This document shows positions 1 to 11,739 of a stretch of DNA of 64,000 nt, in pieces. The stretch is taken from the NCBI GenBank assembly GCA_030295235.1, contig AP026162.1, forward strand, positions 372,001 to 436,000, written 5' to 3'. Under the pieces are notes generated by a model. The model was given only the letters and a program-made list of their open reading frames with translations. It was not told the DNA's origin and did no database searches. This stretch comes from Fistulifera solaris (taxonomy: Eukaryota). Position 1 is the first letter of the stretch. Each line of letters opens with the position of its first letter. The position numbers and the translations under genes were made by a program.

Positions 1-512
1 TGACCAAGATGAAATAAGGGTAGGCACTATTTGCAATGCGTATCTTTGTTTTCTTGTCTCGAAAAGCTTTGTTTTAAAATCCTTGTCACGGTCAACTATG
101 GGCTATGGGCCAAAGTGTATCTCAACTTTTCCAAGACTGCATTTCAGTCATGAACCATGATTTGGCATTTGATCTCTATGCCCCTCTCTTGTCTCTAGCC
201 GTACAGTAACTTGGGTAATGGAATGAAGAACGGATACGAGAAGATATTACTGGCTGGGTAACGGTGGTGAGTGCCTGGTACTGATGAAGAACTTTTGCGC
301 GACAAGGGACAAGGACACCGCCGAGAAATAATGAGCGTCTGTACTTGGTACGCCTCCCCGACAAAATGGAAACAATAAACCGCATACCGGTAAAACCGCA
401 ACAATAACAAAAAGCGACAAAATGAAACGAGGCCTTCCTTGTAATGTTAATATCCTTCTTTCTCTCATCGTTTGTTAGTTAACTATAAATACAACGTCAC
501 ATAATTACAACC

Positions 513-1920
513 ATGAGACTCACTCGAACACTACTCGACAAAGCGCGGAGTCTCAAGTCGCTCGCACTTTCGGTACATTTCAAACAACCCGAGTTGGGAA
601 TGAAAGAATACGAAATCCTTTCGCGAGCGACAGCGTATTTAGTGGCGGTCGATCCTCCTTCCGAAGACGATGACGACGAGTCAGGGCCGTATTCACATCT
701 GAAACGATCCGAGAAACAACGGGAAGAACGGCTGTTCCAGAATTTACACAAATATTCACAACCTACGGGTCCCGGGCGACAGATTATGGACCTCGGATGG
801 CTGGAGTTTGTTCCACGTGAAGTGCGTCCTCAAGTACACATTGTGGCTTCCAGTCACGTCTTGGCTCCTTATCTGTAAGTGTCATTCGGAAGTATACATG
901 CTGCTAGTTCTTCTTCCATTTGGCGAGTCGACGACTCACATTCGCACACATACGCACGCAGATGGCAAGATTATTATCCACAAGAATGGCTGAAGCGAGT
1001 ACGCGCCGAGCACTGTACCTACTCACTCGAAGTTTTCGATCCTAACAAACCGCAAGAAGCTCTGGCGAAATTGGCTTTGAATCGTGACGTGTTTCATCAT
1101 CCGGAAGGACGAGATATTGCTCTCATTCATTTGCAAGAAGAACATTCGTCACTCAAACTGTTGCGGCGCTTGGGTGTTGCCATGCATCGATTGCGTGATC
1201 CCGACAAATTGTATCAAAAGGAGAGGATTTACTGTTTGATGGCTTCGTCGTGTCGGAACGAAATGTAGCGGATAGTGAATCTTTCCGTGCCGCCGCATCC
1301 AAACAAAACAACAATCACAACGAAGACACTCGCGTCTTTTATCCATACACCGAACAAGGCAAATTGGCATTTCATACCAACGATCGCTTCTTTGCTACAA
1401 CACCCGAACCCCTTCCCGAAGGACTGTGCGGTGCGCCCGTTCTGGATCAAGATGGAGAATTGTGTGGGACAGTGGAAGGGATTGTCCCCGTCACGCACAA
1501 AGACCAGCGCTTGGCCGGCAGTGCTGCGTTTCTACCATCCTATATTGTACAATCCTTCATTGATTATGTGGAACGCGGATTGTTGCAGCAGATCATGCCG
1601 AAAGATTTGTTTGACTTGGTGGTGACGGCGAAAAGACCAATTCCATTGGAGGAGGATTCTTCAAAAAAGACAAGGACGGAAAATATACCGGATTGACAGA
1701 TGTGGAAGAAGCCTATGATTCCGCACTGGATACCTTGCAGAAACGATACACCCCCGAAGAATACCAGGCTATTTCGAAAACAATCGAGGACGAACGCAAA
1801 GAAGTATTGGAAATCATGGATAAGGAAGGTGGAGAACTAGACGAAATCATTGCACGTGTTCGAGCCAAGACGCTACAAATAAGAGAAATGGTGATGGATC
1901 AGTATCAAAAGGAAAGATAA
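513..1920 (+). CDS. Trypsin/chymotrypsin-fold (PA clan-like) protein with Cys at the nucleophile position; intron 875-961; apparent frameshifts near 1220 and 1632
   Basis: Joining ORFs 513-878, 879-1268, 1250-1696 and 1693-1920 via a GTAAGT...CAG intron and two 1-nt homopolymer corrections gives motifs IVASSHVL, DIALIHL and EGLCGAPVLDQDGELCG in trypsin order. Confidence 0.65.
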
Positions 1921-1987
1921 AATTCCCTAGCAAGTAGATTTTTTAATAAGAATATAGCAACACGTTTGCTTCACACATCAATATCGT

Positions 1988-2965
1988 TTACATGGCCTTG
2001 GTGACTTGCGTTTCCCATACTTGCGCGGCATCGGGAGCTATTTCTTCCAATACACTCCACATCCGCGCTCGTTGATTCTCATCATATGCCGAGGACGAAG
2101 CTCGACGCGATTGTTGATTCACAAAATACTGTCCCGTCACACCCTCCACATCGGCTGAACTACACAACCACGTTTCATCCAACGCATCTTCGACTTCAAT
2201 ACCAATTCTTCCCCAACCCGCCAATAGCATTTTCGTATTGACCGTCCCCGGATCCAAGCAATTGCACGTGATTCCTTGGGATGGCAATCGTTTGGCGAAT
2301 TCCATTGTCAACATGGCATCCAAAAGTTTCGATTCACTATACGCGGCATGGGCACTGTACGAACGATGGCGATAATGAAGATCGTCCCAACTTCGTATTG
2401 TCGCACATTGTGATAAAGAAGATGCAATGACAATGCGACTGGCGGTATCGGAAGTCAATGATTCGTTTAAAAGCCTGGGAAGCAAAAGAGAGGTAATGAC
2501 AAAGGGAGCCATAACATTGACCGCAAACGTGAGTTCTAGACCATCTTCGGTCAAAACGTGCTGTTCTGCAAACACTCCTGCATTGTTCATTATGATGGAA
2601 AGAGCAAGATTTTCTTTGTTGCACAATTGTTCAACGTGTTGCACCAACTGTCGACATCCTTGTACGGTCGAGAGATCCGCAGGTGGCAACGGTAAGACCT
2701 TTCCTTGAGAACCAAACGCTTGTACTACTTTCACCGCTGCTGCAATGCGCTGTGAGTCTCTTCCATGAATGAGAACATCGTAGCCTTTCTTTGCCAAGTG
2801 TTTTGCCGTGGTGATACCGATGCCATCGGTCGAGCCGGTCACCAGGACGGCACGGTTGACGATTCCTAACGCAAGAGTTGATTGCATCATTGTGAGAGCA
2901 AGAATAGCTAAAGCTATATGAAATCGAATGATATAATAAGATCTTTTCAAAAGTGGTGAAGTCAT
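1988..2965 (-). CDS. Short-chain dehydrogenase/reductase (retinol dehydrogenase-like) with hydrophobic N-terminal leader
   Basis: VLVTGSTDGIG Rossmann motif, NNAG, YSESK (YxxxK), DPGTVNT. Confidence 0.92.
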   Translation of the reverse strand: MTSPLLKRSYYIIRFHIALAILALTMMQSTLALGIVNRAVLVTGSTDGIGITTAKHLAKKGYDVLIHGRDSQRIAAAVKVVQAFGSQGKVLPLPPADLSTVQGCRQLVQHVEQLCNKENLALSIIMNNAGVFAEQHVLTEDGLELTFAVNVMAPFVITSLLLPRLLNESLTSDTASRIVIASSLSQCATIRSWDDLHYRHRSYSAHAAYSESKLLDAMLTMEFAKRLPSQGITCNCLDPGTVNTKMLLAGWGRIGIEVEDALDETWLCSSADVEGVTGQYFVNQQSRRASSSAYDENQRARMWSVLEEIAPDAAQVWETQVTKAM

Positions 2966-3379
2966 CTTTCCTTAACTTTCGCTGCAACGCCGAATGAAAG
3001 TTATCGAACGTCGAACATTTTCCATCACGAAAAATGAAGCGAACGCACCGCATTTTTGCGCGACAGAAAAAAAAAGATCCGCCGAACGATCCGTCTGTGC
3101 ACCCATCCGTTCGGCACCAAATAATGATGCCGACAAAATTTTCGTACTGTAGACTACCTGGTACCGGTACCAGTTACAGTACCTTTTTCGTTTGCCCATC
3201 ACAAAGCATTTTTCGATCTGACTCATTATTCTTCCGTTGTTTATACCTTTCCTGCTGCGGTGCCCCATCAACCTAACAATGGGTTGAGTGATGAGATTTT
3301 CTCGTTAAAGAACGATCATACAAGCGAAACACTTGTCTTTAAGCTGTCTCACTGACATTTTATCTTTGTCAATTCTATC

Positions 3380-4094
3380 ATGACTCGCCTTGCTCTTCTG
3401 GCCTTGCTTTCCACGTTCCTGACGGTGAACGCGTTTGTCGTTCCAACCGCTTATGTTCGTCGACAACAGAAGCCAAGTCCTCTGGTGATGCAATCGGCCT
3501 TCGATGGAATCAAGGAACCCGTTCAAAATTACGTCAATATTTGGACGCCCATGTTTCAACAAGCCAGAGATGCCGGTTTGGCACCGGATTTCTTGTTGCA
3601 TTGGGGTCATGGTGCCGCCATGGGCACTGTCTTGTTGACCATGGGTATGATTGGTGAGTGTGACAAAGCAAGCATGAATTCTTCTTTATTATACATCAAT
3701 CACTCATACGATAAGTTTCATCATTGCACGACCAGGGGCATGGATGGGATGGCAAATCCGACTGGGCAACGGCGAACAAGTCAATGCGCTTACGTTAGGT
3801 GAGACCATTCGTGAGCAGCATCCGAAAATCATCGGTGGAGCCTTCTTTTTCTTTCTCTTGGGAGGACAGGGGGGACTCGTGTTATTGGATACGCAGGGAC
3901 AAAGTATCTTGGAATCCCCACACGCTCTTTCGGCGGCGGTCGCGATCGGATTACTGGCCGTGCAAGCTATTTTGCCGAAATTCTTTGCATCGACTCCGGT
4001 GGCTCGCGATGCACATGCTTACTTGGGTTCAGCGACGATGGTGGCTCTCGTGGCTCATGCGGTTACGGGACTTCAACTGGGATTGTCGTTTTAA
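3380..4094 (+). CDS. Predicted plastid-targeted multi-TM protein, DUF4079/cytochrome b561-like; intron 3654-3735
   Basis: Signal peptide ending VNA-FVV. GTGAGT...CAG intron restores [12 protein letters not shown]. Conserved His in HWGHG, QHPK, SPHA, AHAYLG. Confidence 0.7.
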
Positions 4095-4494
4095 AGCTAA
4101 TGGAAATCTTGCCACAAAAGGAAGTTAACACATGCGCTTTCGACGTCTCAACATTTAAAAGTGAATTGTGGCGCTCGCTTGATTGTTAATGAAATACATC
4201 CTCCGATAATTTTCCGTCTTTTCGCACGCACTTTCACAAGAACCATGATATGACCCCCTAACGCTCCAATCGCATCGCTGCATGAAGATTTCCACTCGCT
4301 TCATTGTGAAACCCTTCATTTTCTTCTGCACAGTACATGAAAACGTCTTTCGGCATAAGGTACATGTCACGTTCTTTGCCTTGAGGGTTCCCAAAATCAA
4401 TGAATCTTGACCGTTCTATTCTACATGTGATTCTTCAAGCCCGTTCTCATAATATAAGCTATTGATTGCTCGTCACAAACCCACATCTGCTATC

Positions 4495-5191
4495 ATGACA
4501 CGTTTTATCGTTTCCATCGTCTCCTTCCTGCTCACTGGAGCCCACGCGTTTGTGGTCCCCGCGACCCAGACGTATCAAAAACAGCGATCACCCATCGTTC
4601 GGCAGTCGGCACTGGACGAAATTCGAGAGACTGTCCAAGATCAAGTCAGCAATGGAGCACCGTTGGTCGAACAAGCCCATCAGGCTGGATATAATCTTCC
4701 CGGTTTGCATTGGGGACACGGAACCGTAATGGCAATCGTCTTTGTGACAATGGGCCTGACAGGTAAGTGCCGAAGTAGGCTACAGAGAAGAGCCATTTGA
4801 TTGTGTTCTTATGATGTATATGACAATGTTCGGATCAGGTGCTTGGTTGGGATGGCAGATTCGCCTCGGTAATGGAGAAAGGCTCACTTCGTCTGGAGAA
4901 ACCATTCGTGAGCGCCACCCCAAAATCATGAGCGGAGTTTTGATGCTGTTTATCGTAGGCGCATTGTTAGGAATGGCTGCACTAAATGCCCAAGGACAGC
5001 CTATTTTGGAATCTCCTCATGCCAGAACGGCAGGAGTGGTCCTTGCTTTGTTGGCGATTCAAGCGACACTTCCCAACTTTTTTGCGTCGAGCCGATTCGC
5101 TCGTGCGACTCACGCCTACTTGGGATCTGCCACTGTAGTGACGATTCTAGTGCATATTATCAACGGTATTCGGTTGGGAAATTCGTTTTAA
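4495..5191 (+). CDS. Tandem paralog of the preceding DUF4079-like membrane protein; intron 4763-4838
   Basis: AHA-FVV leader, [32 protein letters not shown]. Intron at the same position and phase as in the neighbour. Confidence 0.7.
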
Positions 5192-5593
5192 ATATATTGA
5201 ATTGTAACGTAGCAAGGGAAATGATTTATTGTTGATGTTTGTTTTCACTCGAATGAATGAGCGCGAAAAGTAAAAACTCGTTCGCTTGTAGTTTCACTGT
5301 TGTTCCAAGTGTAGCGGGCAGCCATCTATTATGGTTCATTGTTAGTAAATGCAGTACCGATACGAAGCAATGCGGGTGCAACGGACGACGCTCCGCGGTG
5401 CAGACCGTTGAGCGACCATTTGACAGGGAGATTCATCACAACTTTGCTACACTAGAATTTAATGTTGGTTTAGACGGCTTTACTAATCTCCCCGGAGTCT
5501 AACAGTCATTGCACGCACACACGCTGCCGTTGTTGCTGCGTGACGATAGAGTTACTTCTTGTGAGCGATCAATACAACAAAAGCACTTTGACC

Positions 5594-7694
5594 ATGGTGG
5601 CCTCGAAGTTTCTTCTTTTTTTCGCTCTTTTGAACACTGTAGCAGCGCTACTTCCCAAGAAGGTGAAACGCGTACCTGCGGGGAGGAAATATAAGAAGCA
5701 CGACGATGTTCATATTGTTGTGAACAAAGTAGGGTGAGTTACTCTTTTCTGATTTGCTCAAGCGATCGTTGAATGAAACTCATAACAGTGATCATTCAAT
5801 CATCAGCCCCTTCAACAACCCCATCGAAACATACCGGTATTACTCTCTTCCGTTTTGCCAGAGTCATTCTACAGAAGACGAAGAGGAGGAAGAAGCAGAT
5901 GCCGAAAACGTGAGCATTGATCGCGTGACTTCGCGACGCGAGGCGGCGATTCGTCACCGTCAACGCCTCGGCGAGTCTATGGTAGGCGATCGACGGGAAT
6001 CGTCGCCCTACGAAATCAGTTTTCTGGATGATGTGGAATGGCGATTGCTGTGTAAGGTGACGCTCGATCAAAAAGATTTGAAAAAGTTCAAGGAGGCGAT
6101 TCATAATAACTATTTCTTTGAAATGTTCGTGGAAGATCTTGCAATGTGGGGTTATGTTGGAGATGTTGCGGATGAAGATATCTTATTGGATGACAGTCGA
6201 ACTGTTCTTTTTCCGCATTTGCATTTTAAATTGGGATACAACGAAAACCAAATTGTTTCAGCCAAGGTTACAACTGATGTACGTGCTGTGTGACAACTTT
6301 CGACTGAGAGATGGCTCTTGGGTTACTAACAATGTTCGCCCCCATGTAGTTGGAACGAAAAGTCGACATTACACGAATCGACATTCCGAAAACTATCAAG
6401 TTCTCCTATTCGGTAGAATGGGTTCCAGAGCGCTTAGAATGGAAGGATCGAATGTCTCGTTATTCAGAACATCAAAGCTTTGTTCCGCAGTCCTTTGAAA
6501 TTCATTGGCTGTCCATCATCAACTCTTGTGTATTGGTACTGCTGTTGACGGCGTTCCTGCTGATCATCTTGTTGCGAGTCTTAAAGAATGATTTTGCACG
6601 TTACATGGATCTCGACGATGAGTCGTTGGAAGAGGAAGAGGTAAGTTTGTCGAGGACTTGAAGCTTATTTAGATATCGCTTCGACATGAAGATATGCCAA
6701 CGCCGCCTTTCGATCTCTTTCTGTGCAGTCGGGATGGAAATTGATTCATGGCGATGTATTCCGCTTTCCCGAAAATTCCGATTTGTTTTGTGCCGCAGTT
6801 GGAACAGGAAATCAACTTCTGGTCATGACCTTGTTCCACATTTCGTTGGCACTCCTCCATGTTATCTCGACCACACGCCGCGGATCGATTATGGCGGGGG
6901 TTGTAGTGCTTTATGCGCTTACTTCCATTGTCGGTGGATACACTGCCATGCGACTTTACAAACAGATGAACGGCAAAAACTGGGTCCGTCTCGCTGTCAC
7001 AACTGCACTGTTATTCCCAGGACCTGTTGCTACTGTCTTTATGGTTTTGAACACGCTTGCGTTGATGCACGGATCTACTAGTGCCCTTCCGTTCACAGCT
7101 TTATTGACGGTCACTTGTTTGTATTGCTTTGTTTCATTCCCATTGACGGTTGTGGGCTCAGTCCTTGCCAAAAACTACGCCAATGGCGATTTCAATGCCC
7201 CAACGCGAACGAAAAAGATTGCACGAGAGATTCCGACCGAAATTCCGTGGTATCGCGGGCGAGCATTTTCTGTGGCGGTTGCCGGCTTCCTTCCGTTTTC
7301 GGCAATCTACATTGAATTGCATCACATTTTCGCTTCCATGTGGGGACACCAAATTTACACTCTCTTCGGTATTCTGTTTCTGGCTTTTATTCTTCTGGTG
7401 ATTGTGACATCATTCATTACTGTGGCTCTCCTTTACTTTCAATTGGCAAGAGAGGATCATCGCTGGTGGTGGGCGACGTATGTCAATGGAGGAATGACAG
7501 GATTTTTCATCTTTGCCTATTCCTTTTATTATTACTTTAACAGAAGCGAAATGAGTGGCGCGTTACAAGCATCATTCTTCTTTGGATACATGGCAGTCAT
7601 CTCCTACGCCTTCTTCATTATGCTGGGAAGTGCGTCATTTCAATTCAGCTTGGCGTTCGTGCGATACATTTACTCTAGAATTAAGAGCGACTAA
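5594..7694 (+). CDS. Transmembrane 9 superfamily (EMP70/nonaspanin) protein, TM9SF1-like; introns 5734-5806, 6279-6349, 6641-6728
   Basis: VNKVGPFNNPIETYRYYSLPFC, EIHWLSIINS, GWKLIHGDVFRFP, GFLPFSAIYIEL, EDHRWWW, C-terminal IKSD. Confidence 0.95.
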
Positions 7695-7771
7695 TTATCA
7701 TTTATTGTAATCGAAGCGATCGATCGTCTACTAACTTTTAAATCTATGTGATCCATTTCTATAATGTAGCT

Positions 7772-9208
7772 TTAGCTGCCACGGCGTTTCATTCTCTTGC
7801 GCAAAGTCTTTAACCGAACAGGCAGACGCAGTAGGGCTCGTATGGGTTGCTTTAGTTCCGAAACGCGCTCCCATTCGTCCCACCATGGACCGCCGCCAAT
7901 TTCCGCCCCTCCTTGGGCACTTTGTGCTCTGTCAATCAGAGGTGGTCCCTTTTTTCGTACATACGACTTGCTTGCAGGATGCCACTCAAGCTCCCACAGC
8001 GAAAGAGTTGTTTTCGCTTCGAATGTGTCTTTGCAAAAGCGAACCATGCCTTCATCGGGTGTTGGTGCTCGGAAAACGAGGCCTTTTATCTCGCCGGGAT
8101 CGCATTCGTAAACAATTCTCGCTTCAAATGGACGATCGCCTACTGTACAATTACCTTCTAGCTCCCAATATCCCCAAGTCGAAACTTTCCAGCGCATGGT
8201 GCCTGTCCATGGCACAGCTTCATACATTTTGCCGTTGTAGTGAATCGACACCATTCCCAAAGCTTCTTTCCGACCGAATGGTATGCTGCGAATCCCTCCT
8301 CCAGCCGTAACCGACAACTGCTCGTATCCATCAAACGAGTTGCACTGCGTCCAATACCATTTCGTAGGCAAAGCAGCTCCCCAGTTCTTTTCCGCATAAA
8401 ACGGAGCGTCCACAAAGTTGTACGTCTGGTTGTTCCATGTAATTCGACCGGAAGCACGAGCGTCTGCCATAGTAACTTGCCAGTGCGGTTCAAACACTTC
8501 AAGGGAAGCGAGCCACCCGGCTGTGCTTTTTTGGGTTCCGTTCACGTCGCCCCATCCGCAGAGTGGCTTAACCTGAAAGTCAAAATCACAGGTGCATACT
8601 TTGTCGGTCTCGTCGAAGAGACCTCCTACGGTACCATCTCTTCCTCGGACACGTCCTAAAAAGTGAGTCGGCAATATTTGAAAGCCACTTTGTACCGTTT
8701 TTCGCCATACTTCCGGTGAAAGATTTGTTTGTGTCTTCATGACTTGCTTATCGTAACCAGGCTTGTATTCAAAATTGCAACCGAGACCTTGTTGCTTTTT
8801 CCAGGCCCAAAAACGCGAGTCATCTCGGTCGGCTTGCACAATGTAACCATCCCGTGGACCCACCACTTGAATACAGGCTAATCTCAAATCAGAAGGCGGT
8901 CGATGGCCGGGATCTTCAATGGAAATGATAATGGCAAAACTCACGTCCGGCAACGTCAAACGATAATACCAGCCTTCCGTAAAACGCGCATTCCCACGGT
9001 TCTTGGAAGAGAAACGCCAGAATGGCTGACGGTACGCCGGATGAGAAGGAAGAAAATGACGACCTGAATGTGGCGTTTGGAGTGGGAATGCTTTGGGTTC
9101 AATGGGTTCAACCGATAAATTTGGTGACGTTTTGTGGCGTCGTGAAAACGACCATGACGTGCCAGTTTGAAGCAACCAAAAGACACAAAGATGAAGTAAG
9201 CGCCTCAT
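7772..9208 (-). CDS. VTE1: Tocopherol cyclase
   Basis: QTPHSGRH, FTEGWYYRLTLP, KSTAGWLA, FEPHWQV, YAEKNWG, WYWTQCN, EIGGGPW. Confidence 0.93.
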   Translation of the reverse strand: MRRLLHLCVFWLLQTGTSWSFSRRHKTSPNLSVEPIEPKAFPLQTPHSGRHFLPSHPAYRQPFWRFSSKNRGNARFTEGWYYRLTLPDVSFAIIISIEDPGHRPPSDLRLACIQVVGPRDGYIVQADRDDSRFWAWKKQQGLGCNFEYKPGYDKQVMKTQTNLSPEVWRKTVQSGFQILPTHFLGRVRGRDGTVGGLFDETDKVCTCDFDFQVKPLCGWGDVNGTQKSTAGWLASLEVFEPHWQVTMADARASGRITWNNQTYNFVDAPFYAEKNWGAALPTKWYWTQCNSFDGYEQLSVTAGGGIRSIPFGRKEALGMVSIHYNGKMYEAVPWTGTMRWKVSTWGYWELEGNCTVGDRPFEARIVYECDPGEIKGLVFRAPTPDEGMVRFCKDTFEAKTTLSLWELEWHPASKSYVRKKGPPLIDRAQSAQGGAEIGGGPWWDEWERVSELKQPIRALLRLPVRLKTLRKRMKRRGS

Positions 9209-9375
9209 TTTCGAGTTTATTGTAGTTTAATATTTAGAAAGTGGTCATTCTGCAAGATTCGGTAAATATAATTCATGTCTAAATCAACATCTTTCTTTCA
9301 TACCTGGTAGCCAGCATAACAATGGGAAAATGTCGCTACAAATAAAGTATGATGCGCATATTCCCTATTGTCGGA

Positions 9376-10140
9376 CATCCGGGTTCCCTTCTGTCGATAA
9401 ATTCCCTTACGGAGGCCTACGTGGGTTCTACGGGTAGACATTACAAGCGTATTATTATTGCTCATTTTGGATGTATCGGCTCAAATAATACTCATTCATA
9501 GTTGCACGACGCGCAACAAATAAGATGGGGGCGGAGTTGTAAATGATGACATTGCCAAATGACACTCGAAAGTGGATGCGTTTGCTATTGTTGCGCATCC
9601 GGGTTCCCTTCTGTCGATAAATTTCCTTACGGAGGCCTACGTGGGTTCTACGGGTAGACATTACAAGCGTATTATTATTGCTCATTTTGGATGTATCGGC
9701 TCAAATAACACTCATTCATAGTTGCACGACGCGCAACAAATAAGATGGGGGCGGAGTTTAAAATGATGACATCGAAAGTGGATGCGTTTGCTATTGTTGC
9801 GCATCCGGGTTCCCTTCTGTCGATAAATTTCCTTACGGAGGCCTACGTGGGTTCTACGGGTAGACATTACAAGCGTATTATTATTGCTCATTTTGGATGT
9901 ATCGGCTCAAATAATACTCATTCATAGTTGCACGACGCGCAACAAATAAGATGGGGGCGGAGTTGTAAATGATGACATTGCCAAATGACACTCGAAAGTG
10001 GATGCGTTTGCTATTGTTGCGCATCCGGGTTCCCTTCTGTCGATAAATTTCCTTAAGGAGGCCTACGTGGGTTCTACGGGTAGACATTACAAGCGTATTA
10101 TTATTGCTCAATTCGGATGTTTCGGCGGCAATAACACTCT
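9376..10140. repeat. Tandem repeat, ~220-bp unit, ~3.5 copies
   Basis: CATCCGGGTTCCCTTCTGTCGATAAA recurs at 9376, 9596, 9802 and 10022; units are near-identical. Confidence 0.97.
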
Positions 10141-10887
10141 CTTATGAATGAACTATGCGTACCAACATTGGCAGATTATCGCCATTATAGATTTTCACAA
10201 TTTAGTCCGTTGAAAGCACATCTTTGGGTTAGAATAAATTGTCTCCTTGTGACTGAGAAACGAGTCTTGGAGAAAAACGAACAACACTTTGGCGAATAGT
10301 AAATTTGTAGGTGCAGAATCTGGGAGGAGTTATCTAGATCTAAAGTGCCTTTGAAGGTGTGTTCAGTTGAGCGAGTCTTTTCTCTGCCATGGCAAATTCG
10401 TTTACCAGTCAGATCGATATCCGGTTTGGCGAAAAGCAGATTATAAGAAATCATTTTGGCCTTCCATCCTGCATGTCATAAGCTTGATGAACAATGATGA
10501 ACCAAACAGCGAAAGAATATCCGGTTAGGGAACAAAAGCTCTTTGTGAGTAAAAAGGAAACGAAGTAGAAGAATGTACATGATTGTATCCAGTCGAGGTC
10601 GCTGTGATCGAAGTTTGTTGATGAAGCGCGAAAATACCAGGTACGACAAGTCTCATGAATCATGATTCATCGTACATTGTCACGAAATAACTATTCAACC
10701 AAAGGATCCAAGATGATCGTAAGGATGCAGAAATGCATTGCGAATGTATCTTTTGGTTATAAGCCCCGCTTTTGCAGGTTAAGATATTCACACGCTTGAC
10801 GACGAAAGAAGAGGTTCTGCCACTCAGACCTTGAACAAGTCCATTCCTAATTCGTGACATGAGGGATACGGTCAAAGCGTATTAAGA

Positions 10888-11739
10888 CTAAAATAGTATT
10901 AGCGAATCCAAACCAGGCCATGTTGGAATATCTTTCTCCTCTTCTTCATCGACAGATAGATCACCGTCTTCATCGTCGGGGTCACTCGCGTTACCGTCTT
11001 TCTCTACTTGTTTCTTCTTCTTGTTGTTGACTCCCGTCTTATTCTTCTTCAGTGCTCGAGCATGCTGTTGTTGACCTTCGGCTTGTACCATTTCCATCAC
11101 CACTCGATCCACCAATACCGGCTCCAGTGACTGTTGGAATGCTTGCTGTTCGACAATGCGCCCGTACGTGTAAGTGTCGTGACAGAGAGGAAAAATGAAG
11201 GATTGCGTTGTCAAAGCCGCGGGCGCTTGTACGTACGCCATGCGCGTGCGGTCGTGAAAGAAATCCACGCCCGCGAGACCCACCCACGTGTCCGCGTCTT
11301 CGGGCGGTGGTGTTTCGTGATTTTCGTCTCCAATTTTGGGCTCCGGCAATGGTTCGTCCCAGTATTGAATAGTGGAACGACGTTTTCGTTTGTGTGTTGT
11401 GTGTGTATCAAAACTGTTGTGAGGATGACGGGGAAATGCGGGCTCGGGGGGCGAAGGCAGTGGCGGTAGCAGTGATTTTCGGAACGACCCTGGCGGCAAA
11501 GAAGGGTCCTGGGTGTTGTTGTGACGAGACATTTGGTGTGCGTCAATCGCCGCTTCGACCAATTGCTCCATGTAATGTGTCGTTAAAGCTGCTAGTAATG
11601 CAGTCGTATCCGGGTTGACTTCGTTGGGCATTACATCTCCCGCTCCATGCATCAACAGAGGCATGTCTTGCACCAATTTCGCGACGGTGGACTGAAACGC
11701 CTGGTTCAATTTCTCTTTCGGCGTTGCGTTTCCCGACAT
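10888..11739 (-). CDS. Protein with N-terminal TAF13/SPT3-like histone-fold region, a Pro-rich middle and a basic/acidic tail
   Basis: DMPLLMHGAGD..NPDTTALLAALTTHYMEQLVEAA resembles the TAF13 pattern MMYGFGD..NP.....L..LV..YI; NLS-like KRKRR. Confidence 0.55.
   Translation of the reverse strand: MSGNATPKEKLNQAFQSTVAKLVQDMPLLMHGAGDVMPNEVNPDTTALLAALTTHYMEQLVEAAIDAHQMSRHNNTQDPSLPPGSFRKSLLPPLPSPPEPAFPRHPHNSFDTHTTHKRKRRSTIQYWDEPLPEPKIGDENHETPPPEDADTWVGLAGVDFFHDRTRMAYVQAPAALTTQSFIFPLCHDTYTYGRIVEQQAFQQSLEPVLVDRVVMEMVQAEGQQQHARALKKNKTGVNNKKKKQVEKDGNASDPDDEDGDLSVDEEEEKDIPTWPGLDSLILF

Noticed and set aside
9376..10140. CRISPR-like array or repeated 76-aa ORFs (9455-9685, 9881-10111)
   Set aside because: Units are contiguous with no unique spacers, no cas genes and a eukaryotic context. 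The ORFs are a by-product of the repeat.
10185..10875. Three short minus-strand ORFs next to the tandem repeat
   Set aside because: No recognisable motif or consistent splice pattern, so a gene call cannot be supported.
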